Shown piece after piece: positions 19,321 to 28,475 of a DNA stretch of 64,000 bases. Each line of letters starts with the position of its first letter. The stretch's first letter is position 1. Source of the stretch: an uncultured Verrucomicrobiae bacterium (GTDB lineage: Bacteria > Verrucomicrobiota > Verrucomicrobiia > Chthoniobacterales > UBA10450); NCBI GenBank assembly GCA_963756875.1, contig CAVWPA010000003.1:224001-288000 (forward strand), in the 5' to 3' direction. The translations under genes and the position numbers were made by a program. The notes beneath the pieces were generated by a model. The model made no database searches and was not told where the DNA came from. It saw nothing but the letters and a program-made list of their open reading frames with translations.

Positions 19321-22300
19321 ATGCCGCGGAATAACCAGCTCAAGAAAATCCTGCTGATCGGGTCCGGTCCAATCGTGATCGGGCAGGGCTGTGAATTTGA
19401 TTATTCCGGTGTGCAGGCTTGCAAGGCATTGAGGGAAGAGGGTTACCAGGTCGTGCTGGTGAACTCGAATCCGGCCACGATCATGACCGACCCCGAGTTC
19501 GCCGATCGCACGTATATCGAGCCGATCACGGCAGAAGTGATCGAAGCGATCGTCCAGCGTGAAAAACCGGATGCGATTTTACCGACGATGGGCGGGCAAA
19601 CCGCCCTCAACGCCGCAATGGAACTTTACCGCAACGGCGCGCTCGTCCGGCACGGCGTGAAATTAATCGGAGCCAATGCGCAGGCGATTGCGAAGGGCGA
19701 AGACCGGCAGCTGTTCAAGGAAGCGATGTTGCGCATCGGCCTGGATGTCCCGCGCTCAGGCGTGGCGCGTTCGCTCGCGGATGCAGCCCGGATCGCCACG
19801 GAGATCGGCACTTTTCCGCTCATCATTCGCCCCGCATTTAGCCTTGGCGGGATGGGCGGCGGAATCGCATACAACGGCGACGAACTGGACGACATCACCG
19901 CGCGCGGTCTTGATGTGTCCCCGGTCACCGAAGTTTTGATCGAAGAGTCGCTGGTCGGCTGGAAGGAATTCGAGATGGAAGTGATGCGCGACCATATGGA
20001 CAACTGTGTGGTCGTTTGTTCCATCGAAAACTTCGATCCGATGGGCGTTCACACCGGCGACTCGATCACTGTGGCGCCGGTGCAGACGCTCACCGACAAG
20101 GAATACCAAATGATGCGCGACGCCTCATTCGCGGTCATCCGCGAGATCGGCGTGGAAACGGGCGGCTCAAACATCCAGTTTGCCATTCACCCGGACAATG
20201 GCCGCATGATGATAATCGAAATGAATCCCCGCGTGTCGCGTTCCAGCGCGCTCGCCTCCAAGGCGACCGGCTTTCCGATTGCAAAGATCGCAGCCAAACT
20301 CGCAGTCGGGTACACGCTCGACGAAATCAAAAACGATATCACGCGCGAAACACCGGCATGTTTCGAACCGACGATCGATTACTGCGTGGTGAAAGTGCCG
20401 CGGTTCACGTTTGAAAAATTTCCGCAGGCCGATCCCACGTTGACGACGCAAATGAAAAGCGTCGGTGAAGCGATGGCCATCGGTCGCACATTCAAGGAGG
20501 CGTTGCAAAAAGCCTTGCGCAGTCTGGAAATCAAACGCTTCGGCTTGTGCGGTGACGGGGCTGACAAACCTGCTCTCGATCCCGAGTCGTTGCGGTTGAA
20601 GCTTTCAATTCCAAATGCGGAGCGAATTTTTTACCTGGCACAGGCATTCCAAAATGGAATGTCCATTGACGAGGTTTTTGAACTCACAAAAATCGACAGG
20701 TGGTTTTTGCGAAATGTGGCTGAGATCGTAACGGAAGCGACCGCGCTGCGCAGTACAACGGGTAAAACACCGGCGGAGCGTCTGCTGCGCTCCAAGAAGC
20801 TGGGTTTCTCGGATCGGCAACTTGCGATCGCGAACGGCTCGTCGGAAGAGAAAATACGGGCGGCTCGGATTGCGGAAGGAATCACGCCAACTTACCGGCT
20901 CGTGGATACTTGCGCGGCCGAATTCGAAGCTTACACGCCCTACTATTACTCGACGTATGGCGATGAGAACGAGCGGCGCGAGAGCGGCAAACGCAAAGTG
21001 ATGATCCTCGGCGGCGGACCCAACCGCATCGGCCAGGGCATCGAATTCGATTATTGCTGCGTGCACGCGGCCTTCGCGCTGCGCGAGCTCGGGTTCGAAA
21101 CGATCATGGTCAACTCGAATCCGGAAACCGTTTCCACCGATTACGACACCAGCGACAAACTTTATTTCGAGCCTCTTACGCTCGAAGACGTGCTGAACAT
21201 TTACGATCAGGAAAAGCCCGAAGGCGTGATGGTTCAGTTCGGCGGTCAAACGCCGCTCAATCTCGCGAATGGCCTGAAAGCAGCCAAAGTCCCCATCCTC
21301 GGCACGCAGCCGGAGAGCATCGAGACTGCTGAAGACCGAAAACTCTTTGCCGCGATGCTCGACAAGCTCGGGTTGCGACAGACGCCCAGCGGTTCCGCCG
21401 TTACCGAAGACGACGCGGTCGCAATCGCGGAGCGAATTGGCTATCCCGTGCTCGTCAGGCCGAGCTTTGTTCTCGGGGGCCGCGCCATGGAGCTCGTTTA
21501 TAACGAACAGGATTTGCGCCGTTACATGACAAGCGCAATCGAGGCAAGCCCGGAACGGCCAATCCTGGTGGACCGCTTTCTTGAAGACGCCATCGAGGTG
21601 GACGTCGATTGCATTTCCGACGGCGAGACAACGGTGCTCGGCGCGATCATGGAACATATCGAAGAAGCTGGCATTCATAGCGGAGACAGCGCCTGCGTAA
21701 TTCCAACGTTTTCGCTGCCGAAAAAGGTTCTCGATGAGATCGCGTCGGCAACGAAGGCGATGGCGCGCGAATTGAACGTGCGCGGCCTCATGAATGTGCA
21801 ATTCGCGGTCAAAGGCGAAGTCGTCTACGTGCTGGAGGTGAATCCTCGCGCGTCGCGGACGGTGCCATTTGTCAGCAAGGCGATCGGCGTGCCCCTGGCG
21901 AAACTGGCTGCAAAAGTGATGACCGGAAAAACTTTGCGCGAACTCGGGTTCACAAAAGAAGTCGTGCCCGCGCACTTCTCCGTCAAAGAGGCGGTCTTCC
22001 CTTTCCTGCGTTACCAGGGAACGGATATTTCACTGGGCCCGGAAATGAAATCGACCGGCGAAGTAATGGGCATGGACGTCGATCTGGGCCTGGCCTACGC
22101 GAAATCGCAGATGGCTGCGCCGCCGCCGCTGCCGAAACGCGGAAACGTCTTCATCAGCGTGAAAAACACCGACAAGGAAGCCGTGATCCCGGTCGCCCGG
22201 GAATTTGTGAAGCTTGGATTTGGAGTTTTTTCGACCAGCGGCACGGCGGCCGCCCTGGCGAAGGCAAAAATCAAGGTGAAAAAAGTCTTCAAGCTCCATG

Positions 22301-22569
22301 AAGGCCGCCCGAACGTGCTCGACCGCGTCAAAAATGGCGACATTAACTTCATCATCAACACGCCCAGCGGCAAAATCCCCCGCGAACACGAGGTCATGAT
22401 CCGAAATGCGGCGCTCGCGCAAAAGATCCCGATCATGACCACTGTCCGGGCAGCGCAGGCAAGCGCCAACGGCATTCGGTCACTGCAGAAGAGCAAAGTG
22501 CAGGTGCGCAGTTTGCAGGAATATCACGCCGGCGCCGCGGCGGCCACCGACGCCAAACGCTACCCCTAA
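19321..22569 (+). CDS. carB: Carbamoyl-phosphate synthase large subunit
   Basis: [17 protein letters not shown], duplicated ATP-grasp, [16 protein letters not shown]-terminal MGS domain. Confidence 0.98.
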   Translation: MPRNNQLKKILLIGSGPIVIGQGCEFDYSGVQACKALREEGYQVVLVNSNPATIMTDPEFADRTYIEPITAEVIEAIVQREKPDAILPTMGGQTALNAAMELYRNGALVRHGVKLIGANAQAIAKGEDRQLFKEAMLRIGLDVPRSGVARSLADAARIATEIGTFPLIIRPAFSLGGMGGGIAYNGDELDDITARGLDVSPVTEVLIEESLVGWKEFEMEVMRDHMDNCVVVCSIENFDPMGVHTGDSITVAPVQTLTDKEYQMMRDASFAVIREIGVETGGSNIQFAIHPDNGRMMIIEMNPRVSRSSALASKATGFPIAKIAAKLAVGYTLDEIKNDITRETPACFEPTIDYCVVKVPRFTFEKFPQADPTLTTQMKSVGEAMAIGRTFKEALQKALRSLEIKRFGLCGDGADKPALDPESLRLKLSIPNAERIFYLAQAFQNGMSIDEVFELTKIDRWFLRNVAEIVTEATALRSTTGKTPAERLLRSKKLGFSDRQLAIANGSSEEKIRAARIAEGITPTYRLVDTCAAEFEAYTPYYYSTYGDENERRESGKRKVMILGGGPNRIGQGIEFDYCCVHAAFALRELGFETIMVNSNPETVSTDYDTSDKLYFEPLTLEDVLNIYDQEKPEGVMVQFGGQTPLNLANGLKAAKVPILGTQPESIETAEDRKLFAAMLDKLGLRQTPSGSAVTEDDAVAIAERIGYPVLVRPSFVLGGRAMELVYNEQDLRRYMTSAIEASPERPILVDRFLEDAIEVDVDCISDGETTVLGAIMEHIEEAGIHSGDSACVIPTFSLPKKVLDEIASATKAMARELNVRGLMNVQFAVKGEVVYVLEVNPRASRTVPFVSKAIGVPLAKLAAKVMTGKTLRELGFTKEVVPAHFSVKEAVFPFLRYQGTDISLGPEMKSTGEVMGMDVDLGLAYAKSQMAAPPPLPKRGNVFISVKNTDKEAVIPVAREFVKLGFGVFSTSGTAAALAKAKIKVKKVFKLHEGRPNVLDRVKNGDINFIINTPSGKIPREHEVMIRNAALAQKIPIMTTVRAAQASANGIRSLQKSKVQVRSLQEYHAGAAAATDAKRYP

Positions 22570-22614
22570 ATAGCATAAGTTGGTCGTCAACTTTCGAGAC
22601 ATCGGTCTGAACCT

Positions 22615-22697
22615 GCCCTCATCAGGCGCTTCGCGTCCTCCTCTCCCCCGGAGAGAGGATTGCCTGCCGCAGCCCAACGGAGGCGGGAGGTGAGGGC
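22615..22697. repeat. GCCCTCA...GGTGAGGGC palindromic repeat, copy 2, with a nested 25-bp insert
   Basis: Aligns to 4124-4188 with extra CCTGCCGCAGCCCAACGGAGGCGGG at 22663-22687. Confidence 0.75.
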
Positions 22698-22838
22698 CAA
22701 CTCTCCAGCCTCGAGCTACCATTGGCTGTCGCTACCCTCGCTTTCGGTGTTCAATAAAACTCTGGTCACGGCAGGTGAAGTCGCTCGCCACGCGGAAGCT
22801 TTATGCGAAGGTCGGGAGACATCTCTTACCGCCCGATA

Positions 22839-23780
22839 ATGAAAAATTCTTCCCGCCGTTCATCCCGTAAGCGTGCAACCGCCTCGCGGCAGCCGACCAG
22901 GCCTGGGATGACAAAAGTGGCCCTCGTCCAGATGCGTTGCGGCCGCGATCCAGAAAAAAATTTCGCGCATGCTATCGAGTTCGTTCGCGACGCCGCTAAA
23001 CAAGGGGCGCAGATCGTCTGCTTGCCGGAGCTTTTTCGCTCCCAGTACTTCTGCCAATCGGAAGAGCACAAAAACTTCGAGCTGGCTGAAGAAGTGCCTG
23101 GGAAATCGACATCTGCTCTCGGCAAAATTGCGCGGGAGCTCGGGGTGGTCATCGTGGCGTCGCTCTTCGAAAAGCGCAGCGCCGGCATTTACCACAACAC
23201 AGCAGCGATCATCGACGCCGACGGAAAGTTCCTCGGCAAGTACCGCAAAATGCACATTCCGGACGACCCGCTTTATCATGAGAAATTCTATTTCGCTCCT
23301 GGAGATCTCGGCTTTCGGTCCTGGAAAACCCAACGTGGAAAGATCGGCGTGTGCGTTTGCTGGGACCAATGGTATCCGGAAGCGGCTCGGCTGACTGCGT
23401 TGCGCGGCGCTGAGATTATTTTTTATCCCACCGCCATCGGCTGGCATCCATCGGAGAAAAAAGAGTTCGGCGCGGCACAATATTCCGCCTGGGAAACGGT
23501 GCAGCGCGGCCACGCGATCGCCAACGGTTGCTACGTTGCCGCGGCCAATCGCGTCGGTCATGAGGCGCCGGCCGGCGGCCACGGAATCGAGTTTTGGGGC
23601 CAAAGCTTTATTGTCGATCCAGCCGGCGAGATCATTGCAAAAGGCTCGGTGAACCGCGAAGAAATCGTGATCGCCGACGTGAATTGGGCCCGCGTAAACG
23701 AACATCGTACCCATTGGCCGTTTCTGCGCGATCGCCGGGTGGACGCCTATAGCGGAATCAATCAGCGGATGATCGATTAA
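22839..23780 (+). CDS. Carbon-nitrogen hydrolase, N-carbamoylputrescine amidase (AguB)-like; alternative start 22908
   Basis: LPELF, YRKMHIPDDP..EKFYF, CWDQWYPE, YPTAIGW, WPFLRDRR. Confidence 0.88.
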   Translation: MKNSSRRSSRKRATASRQPTRPGMTKVALVQMRCGRDPEKNFAHAIEFVRDAAKQGAQIVCLPELFRSQYFCQSEEHKNFELAEEVPGKSTSALGKIARELGVVIVASLFEKRSAGIYHNTAAIIDADGKFLGKYRKMHIPDDPLYHEKFYFAPGDLGFRSWKTQRGKIGVCVCWDQWYPEAARLTALRGAEIIFYPTAIGWHPSEKKEFGAAQYSAWETVQRGHAIANGCYVAAANRVGHEAPAGGHGIEFWGQSFIVDPAGEIIAKGSVNREEIVIADVNWARVNEHRTHWPFLRDRRVDAYSGINQRMID

Positions 23781-23792
23781 CCACGCCGGCCA

Positions 23793-23930
23793 AAAGCTCC
23801 AAATCCCAACATCTCCGCCACAGGACGGATTCGTCCGACTGGCGAACAGGCTCCAAAAATCGCTACGCCTCCTATTGGATTTTGAAGCTTGGGATTTCTC
23901 TGGATGTTGGTGCCTGGAGCTTGGAACTTT
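23793..23930. repeat. Heptamer inverted tandem repeat element, copy B, containing a nested mini-element
   Basis: AAAGCTCCAAATCCCAACATC...TTGGTGCCTGGAGCTTGGAACTTT. Confidence 0.85.
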
Positions 23931-23936
23931 AGATAG

Positions 23937-24998
23937 ATGGACCTGATGACCCTTATCAAAATTCGGCGCGCCGCTCAAAAAGGCGCGGTCTCCGCGCGCG
24001 CGCACGTTCAGGTAGAGAGCGTTATGGCAAAGTTGACTCGTGAGCAACAGCCCTACTGCGAGTTGAGCCTCGCCGACGCGTGCGATCGAATGACGCTGCG
24101 GGTCTGGAGCGATCATCCCGCTTACAAAAGCTGCAGCGAACTTAAGGAACAGGACTTCATCGAGCTCAGCGCCGAGTTTCATCGGCATTCCCAGTACGGA
24201 CTTGAAGCACGCAAGTGGACGGTGCGCCCGCTAACGACACAGGAAAGGAACGAACTTTTACAGGGCCCCGCAGAGTTACGTGCGCGGCAAAGGACAGATT
24301 GGGACTTCATCGTGCAGACAGTCGCTTCGATTTCGGATCCTCGGCTGCGCGGCCTGTGCGAGGCGTTTCTTCAGGAATGGGGCGACCGTTTTCGGCGCAC
24401 GGCCGCGGCTCGTAATTATCACCACGCCCGGCGCGGCGGACTGGTCGAGCACACTGCTCAGATGATGCGGGTGGCGAAGGGAATCGCGCCGCTCTATCCA
24501 CAGTTGAACTTCGACCTCTTGCTCGCCGGCGTTCTGTTTCACGATTGCGGCAAGCTTTGGGAAAACTCTCTGCCCGAGAACGGATTCGTCATGACCTACG
24601 ACGAACGGGGCGAATTGATGGGCCACATTTCCATCGGTCTCGAGTTGGTGAATTCCATCTGGCGCAAATTGATCTCGGAGAACGGCGAAACGTGGAAAGA
24701 CTTCACTCCGGCGTCGGAAGATGTCCGCCTGCATCTGCTGCATTTGATCGGCGCGCACCACGGCGAGCTCCAATTCGGTTCGCCGGTCAGCCCGAAAACA
24801 CCGGAGGCGATGGCGCTTCATTACATCGACAACCTCGATGCGCGCCTGGAGATGTTCGCCGCCGGTTACACGACGGCGAAGCCACTCGCCGCGCGCATTT
24901 TCGATCGGGTTCGGCCGTTGCCGGGCAATCTGGTGAAATCTTTGGGGAAATTCCAAAGCGACTCCGACACACAGCCGAAAGAGGGCGAATTGCTTTAG
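23937..24998 (+). CDS. OB-fold + HD-domain protein, YhaM/CBF1-like 3'-5' exoribonuclease
   Basis: AARNYHHA..GGLVEHT, LFHDCGK, GHI, HHG..FGSPV.PKTPEA..LHYIDNLDA. Confidence 0.88.
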   Translation: MDLMTLIKIRRAAQKGAVSARAHVQVESVMAKLTREQQPYCELSLADACDRMTLRVWSDHPAYKSCSELKEQDFIELSAEFHRHSQYGLEARKWTVRPLTTQERNELLQGPAELRARQRTDWDFIVQTVASISDPRLRGLCEAFLQEWGDRFRRTAAARNYHHARRGGLVEHTAQMMRVAKGIAPLYPQLNFDLLLAGVLFHDCGKLWENSLPENGFVMTYDERGELMGHISIGLELVNSIWRKLISENGETWKDFTPASEDVRLHLLHLIGAHHGELQFGSPVSPKTPEAMALHYIDNLDARLEMFAAGYTTAKPLAARIFDRVRPLPGNLVKSLGKFQSDSDTQPKEGELL

Positions 24999-25019
24999 CG
25001 ATATCGCGCATCGGCCGTG

Positions 25020-25071
25020 GGCAGGGACGCCGCGCTGCGGCGTCCGGTCGGCGCAGCGCGCCGACCCTACC
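25020..25071. repeat. GTAG-type REP double hairpin
   Basis: GGCAGGGACGCCGCGCTGCGGCGTCC followed by GGTCGGCGCAGCGCGCCGACCCTACC. Confidence 0.75.
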
Positions 25072-25885
25072 AATTTGACCTGGCAGAGCGTTTCTGCGCG
25101 ATCCGGCGCCTCGCTTCTGCGAGATAGGTTTCGTCAATTTCGAAGCCTATGAACTTTTTGACGCCGCGTCTCTGCGCGGCGAGGGCGGAGTTCCCGATCC
25201 CCAAAAACGGATCGAGCATTGTTTGAACACGCGAGACGCCGTGCAGTTTGATGCACCATTCGGCAAGTTGCACCGGAAAAGTGGCAGGATGCGGACGTTC
25301 TTTCGCGCGGCTCTGGATCGTTTCGTACGGAATGAACCAGGTGTTCCCGCGGCAGCGAAGGTCGCTTCCGCGCGTATGCCGCCAGCGCGCGATGTTGCTC
25401 TTGTCCTGATACGGAACACCAAGCGCAAGCCGGTCGATCTCAACGCGCCCGGTCTTTGTGAAATGGAAAATGTATTCGTGACAATCGTTCAGGAAGCGCT
25501 TCGAGCTGATCGGCTTGAAGTGGCCACACGAGCGAATCTCGCCTTCGCGATCCTCGATGGTGATCGACTTGATCCAGTGAATCGTGTTCTGCAGAACAAA
25601 GTGGTCGCGCAATTCGATCGCGATTTCGTGCGGCAGCATCGGATTGGATGGCGCAGCGCCAACATTGAGAAAAAACGAACCCGTGGACTTCAGGAGCCGG
25701 GATATTTGCGCTCCCCATTCCCCGCACCAAATCAAATACGATCGTCGATCCTGCCGGTCCGAATATTTTCGGTAGCGAATACCGAGATTGTAAGGCGGGG
25801 ATGTGACAACAAGATCGACATGCTCACCGGGCAGCCTTGCCATTCCCTTTACGCAATCTTCCAGACAAAGCTCGAATCGGGTCAT
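25067..25885 (-). CDS. Site-specific DNA amino-methyltransferase (beta class, N4-C/N6-A), orphan
   Basis: Catalytic TSPPY near the N-terminus, HPATFP, SAM-binding LDPFLGIG near the C-terminus. Confidence 0.9.
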   Translation of the reverse strand: MTRFELCLEDCVKGMARLPGEHVDLVVTSPPYNLGIRYRKYSDRQDRRSYLIWCGEWGAQISRLLKSTGSFFLNVGAAPSNPMLPHEIAIELRDHFVLQNTIHWIKSITIEDREGEIRSCGHFKPISSKRFLNDCHEYIFHFTKTGRVEIDRLALGVPYQDKSNIARWRHTRGSDLRCRGNTWFIPYETIQSRAKERPHPATFPVQLAEWCIKLHGVSRVQTMLDPFLGIGNSALAAQRRGVKKFIGFEIDETYLAEARRRIAQKRSARSNW

Positions 25886-25950
25886 GCGAGTAATCTGAAT
25901 CGCCGCCAGCAATTCGTACAGCGAAAAAATCGCAATGCGCGTGTTCTGTT

Positions 25951-25987
25951 TCCGAGGAGCACGGGCTGCTAGCCTGTGCTCCCCGGA
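25951..25987. repeat. Short GGAG-type palindrome
   Basis: TCCGAGGAGCACGGGCT-GCT-AGCCTGTGCTCCCCGGA. Confidence 0.55.
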
Positions 25988-26037
25988 CGGGCACGAAATT
26001 CGCACGCTTGGGCAAATTCGTTTATTGTTTTTCGCAC

Positions 26038-26835
26038 ATGTCGGATAAGCCTTCCAAACTGAAGATCGCGGACCGCGAGTTTACTTCGCGGCTGCTCGTC
26101 GGCACAGGTAAGTTTGCCTCCAACGAGCTGATGCGCGACGCGCTCATTGCGAGCGGAACGGAGATTGTCACCGTCGCCCTCCGCCGCGCCGATCTCTCCG
26201 GCAAAGGCGATCCCTACGCGAACATTCTGGAGTTCATCGATCCGAAGCGTTTTCTTCTTTTGCCAAACACGAGCGGAGCCCGCAACGCGCAAGAGGCAGT
26301 GCGGCTTGCGCGACTGGCCGCAAGTGCAGGCTTGCCAACCTGGGTGAAGCTGGAGATCCATCCGGACCCGCGCTATCTCCTCCCCGACCCCGTCGAAACA
26401 CTCGCGGCGGCGGAAATTTTGGTGAAGGAAGGGTTCACGGTGCTGCCTTACATCAACGCCGACCCCGTGCTGGCAAAGCGGCTGCAGGATATTGGCACCG
26501 CCACGGTCATGCCGCTCGGTTCGCCGATCGGCAGCAATCGCGGGATCGAAACGCGGCCGCAGATTGAGATCATCATTGAGCAGGCGACTGTCCCGGTGGT
26601 GGTCGACGCCGGTTTGGGCGCCCCAAGCCAGGCAGCCGAAGCGATGGAAATGGGCGCGGATGCGGTGCTGGTAAACACGGCCATTGCCATTGCGTCCGAT
26701 CCCGTCCGCATGGCGCAGGCGTTTCGCAAGGCGATCGAAGCCGGGCGCGAAGCGCGAGAAATCGGACTTGGCGAAAAGCTAGCCACCGCCGCCGCGACGA
26801 GCCCGCTCACTGGATTTCTGTCCGGCGCGAAATAA
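26038..26835 (+). CDS. thiG: Thiazole synthase
   Basis: [38 protein letters not shown]. Confidence 0.96.
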   Translation: MSDKPSKLKIADREFTSRLLVGTGKFASNELMRDALIASGTEIVTVALRRADLSGKGDPYANILEFIDPKRFLLLPNTSGARNAQEAVRLARLAASAGLPTWVKLEIHPDPRYLLPDPVETLAAAEILVKEGFTVLPYINADPVLAKRLQDIGTATVMPLGSPIGSNRGIETRPQIEIIIEQATVPVVVDAGLGAPSQAAEAMEMGADAVLVNTAIAIASDPVRMAQAFRKAIEAGREAREIGLGEKLATAAATSPLTGFLSGAK

Positions 26836-26856
26836 TCCGCTCGATGTAAAGGGCGG

Positions 26857-27078
26857 CTACCGATTCACTCCAGCGTCGTTATAGAACTCAATCTGCCGTC
26901 CGCCCACGCGACGCACAATGCGCCAGCCGCGTTTAGCTGCGAATTTCCGCAACTGACCATCTGTCATTGACTGCAAAACACGAAGTTCGGCAGGATGACT
27001 GATGAAAATCTCCGGCCTCACCGCAAGCGCGGCCGAAATTTTTGTGGCTAGCCCGGCAAGCCGTTCATCTCTGGCCAT
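26857..27078 (-). CDS. Small hypothetical protein
   Basis: 73-aa ATG ORF filling an otherwise empty gap; no recognisable motif. Confidence 0.5.
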   Translation of the reverse strand: MARDERLAGLATKISAALAVRPEIFISHPAELRVLQSMTDGQLRKFAAKRGWRIVRRVGGRQIEFYNDAGVNR

Positions 27079-27312
27079 AAATCGATTTCGCGCCAGGGGC
27101 TGAACGCTGGTTGTTCCCGGATTTTGTGGCGGGCGGCAACGGTGGAGGCGGTTTAAACCTGCGATTGAGCCTGTTTCTCAACACGAGATGTGCCTTTCGG
27201 CTCGGCGACGGGCCCCTTACATTTGGCTTCTTCATAGCGATCTCTTAAGATATCGGTCTGCCAATCGATTTGCGCAATTGGCGTACGCCATGTTCATCGG
27301 TTAATTTTACTG

Positions 27313-27594
27313 ATGGTTTCAGAGACAATCGAACTTCGCGGCCACATCATTGATTCGCTTACTTTGCCCAAGGTGCTCGACCAGATTCTGGGCGCGGGCG
27401 CCAATTTCAAGATTAACGAGATCAAGATCGGTCAGCGGCGCGCCGACCAAAGCTGTGCGCGCATCGAAATTTCGGGGCCGACAATCGAGGCGCTCGACGA
27501 GCTTGTGGAGCGTTTGCAGCAACAGGGGGCTGAAGTGATAAGACGGATCGATGTGCAAGGCGACCCGTCCAAGGAAGGCGCTCCGGAAAACTAA
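27313..27594 (+). CDS. Stand-alone LOR/SDH-associated (Saccharop_dh_N-like) domain, the N-terminus of TIGR00300/AgrE-type proteins; possibly truncated
   Basis: IELRGHIIDSL.LPKVLD.I motif. Confidence 0.7.
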   Translation: MVSETIELRGHIIDSLTLPKVLDQILGAGANFKINEIKIGQRRADQSCARIEISGPTIEALDELVERLQQQGAEVIRRIDVQGDPSKEGAPEN

Positions 27595-27605
27595 ATCTAA
27601 ATCTC

Positions 27606-28418
27606 ATGCGCGAGCTGCTCCTTTGCCCGCCGGACCATTACGGCATCGAATACGAGATCAATCCCTGGATGAGCCGGGCCCGCGGAGCGGATGCGCCTGT
27701 CGCGCAACAGCAATGGAAGAATCTCCGTGCCACGTTGTCGAAGCTGGATTGCAACATTCACCTGGTGAAGCCGCAGCCGAAGCTGCCCGACATGGTCTTC
27801 ACCGCTAATGCCGGGCTCGCCGTCGGCAGGAAATTCATTCCAAGCAATTTTCGTCACAAAGAACGCGCCGGCGAGGCGCCGCACTTTGCGCGATGGATGG
27901 AAGAACACGGATACCGAATCGCGTGGCTGCCCAAGGACCTGTACTTTGAAGGCGAAGGCGACGCGCTTTTTAGCGGCGACATGCTTTTCTGCGGCTACAA
28001 ATTCCGATCGGATATCCAATCGCACCGGGCCATCGCGGACATGCTCGCTTGCCTGGTCATCTCCGTCGAGCTGGTCGATCCGCGCTTTTACCATCTCGAT
28101 ACCTGCTTCTGTCCGTTGCCCGATGGCGGGGCTGTCTGGTTCCCGGCTGCGTTCGACGAATACGGGCAACGCGCCATTCGCGAGCACGTGCGCGAGTTAA
28201 TCGACGTCGTGCCTGAAGAAGCGATGCATTTTTCCTGCAATGCGGTCGTGCTTAAGCACGATGTCGTTTTACCTGAAGGCGCGCCGAAGCTGGTCGGGGC
28301 CCTTCAGAAACGAGGATACACGTGTCATCAGTTGCCGATGACGGAGTTCATCAAGGCGGGCGGCGCCTGCAAATGTCTCACCATGTTCATGCCGCAACGG
28401 GACGGCGCAAAGGAGTAG
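27606..28418 (+). CDS. Guanidino-modifying (pentein) enzyme, arginine dihydrolase ArgZ/AgrE N-domain-like
   Basis: CPPDHY..EYEINPWM, PDMVFTAN, FEGEGD, YHLDT, GGACKC. Confidence 0.85.
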   Translation: MRELLLCPPDHYGIEYEINPWMSRARGADAPVAQQQWKNLRATLSKLDCNIHLVKPQPKLPDMVFTANAGLAVGRKFIPSNFRHKERAGEAPHFARWMEEHGYRIAWLPKDLYFEGEGDALFSGDMLFCGYKFRSDIQSHRAIADMLACLVISVELVDPRFYHLDTCFCPLPDGGAVWFPAAFDEYGQRAIREHVRELIDVVPEEAMHFSCNAVVLKHDVVLPEGAPKLVGALQKRGYTCHQLPMTEFIKAGGACKCLTMFMPQRDGAKE

Positions 28419-28475
28419 TGGAGTAATGGGGATTCGTTTTCCCTTCCTCCACTGCTCCAATACTCCATTACTTCC
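28412..28475. repeat. Octamer inverted tandem repeat, copy 2
   Basis: GGAGTAGTGGAGTAATGG facing CTCCAATACTCCATTACTTCC. Confidence 0.75.

Noticed and set aside
25886..26037. Possible TPP riboswitch upstream of thiG
   Set aside because: No CTGAGA core or other TPP signature; the hairpin present belongs to the GGAG repeat type.
27080..27312. Possible guanidine (ykkC) riboswitch or sigma-54 promoter before the pentein locus
   Set aside because: Only a short CAAAATCCGGGA resemblance, on the strand facing away from the locus; the TGGC-N9-GT candidate lacks the conserved -12 GC.
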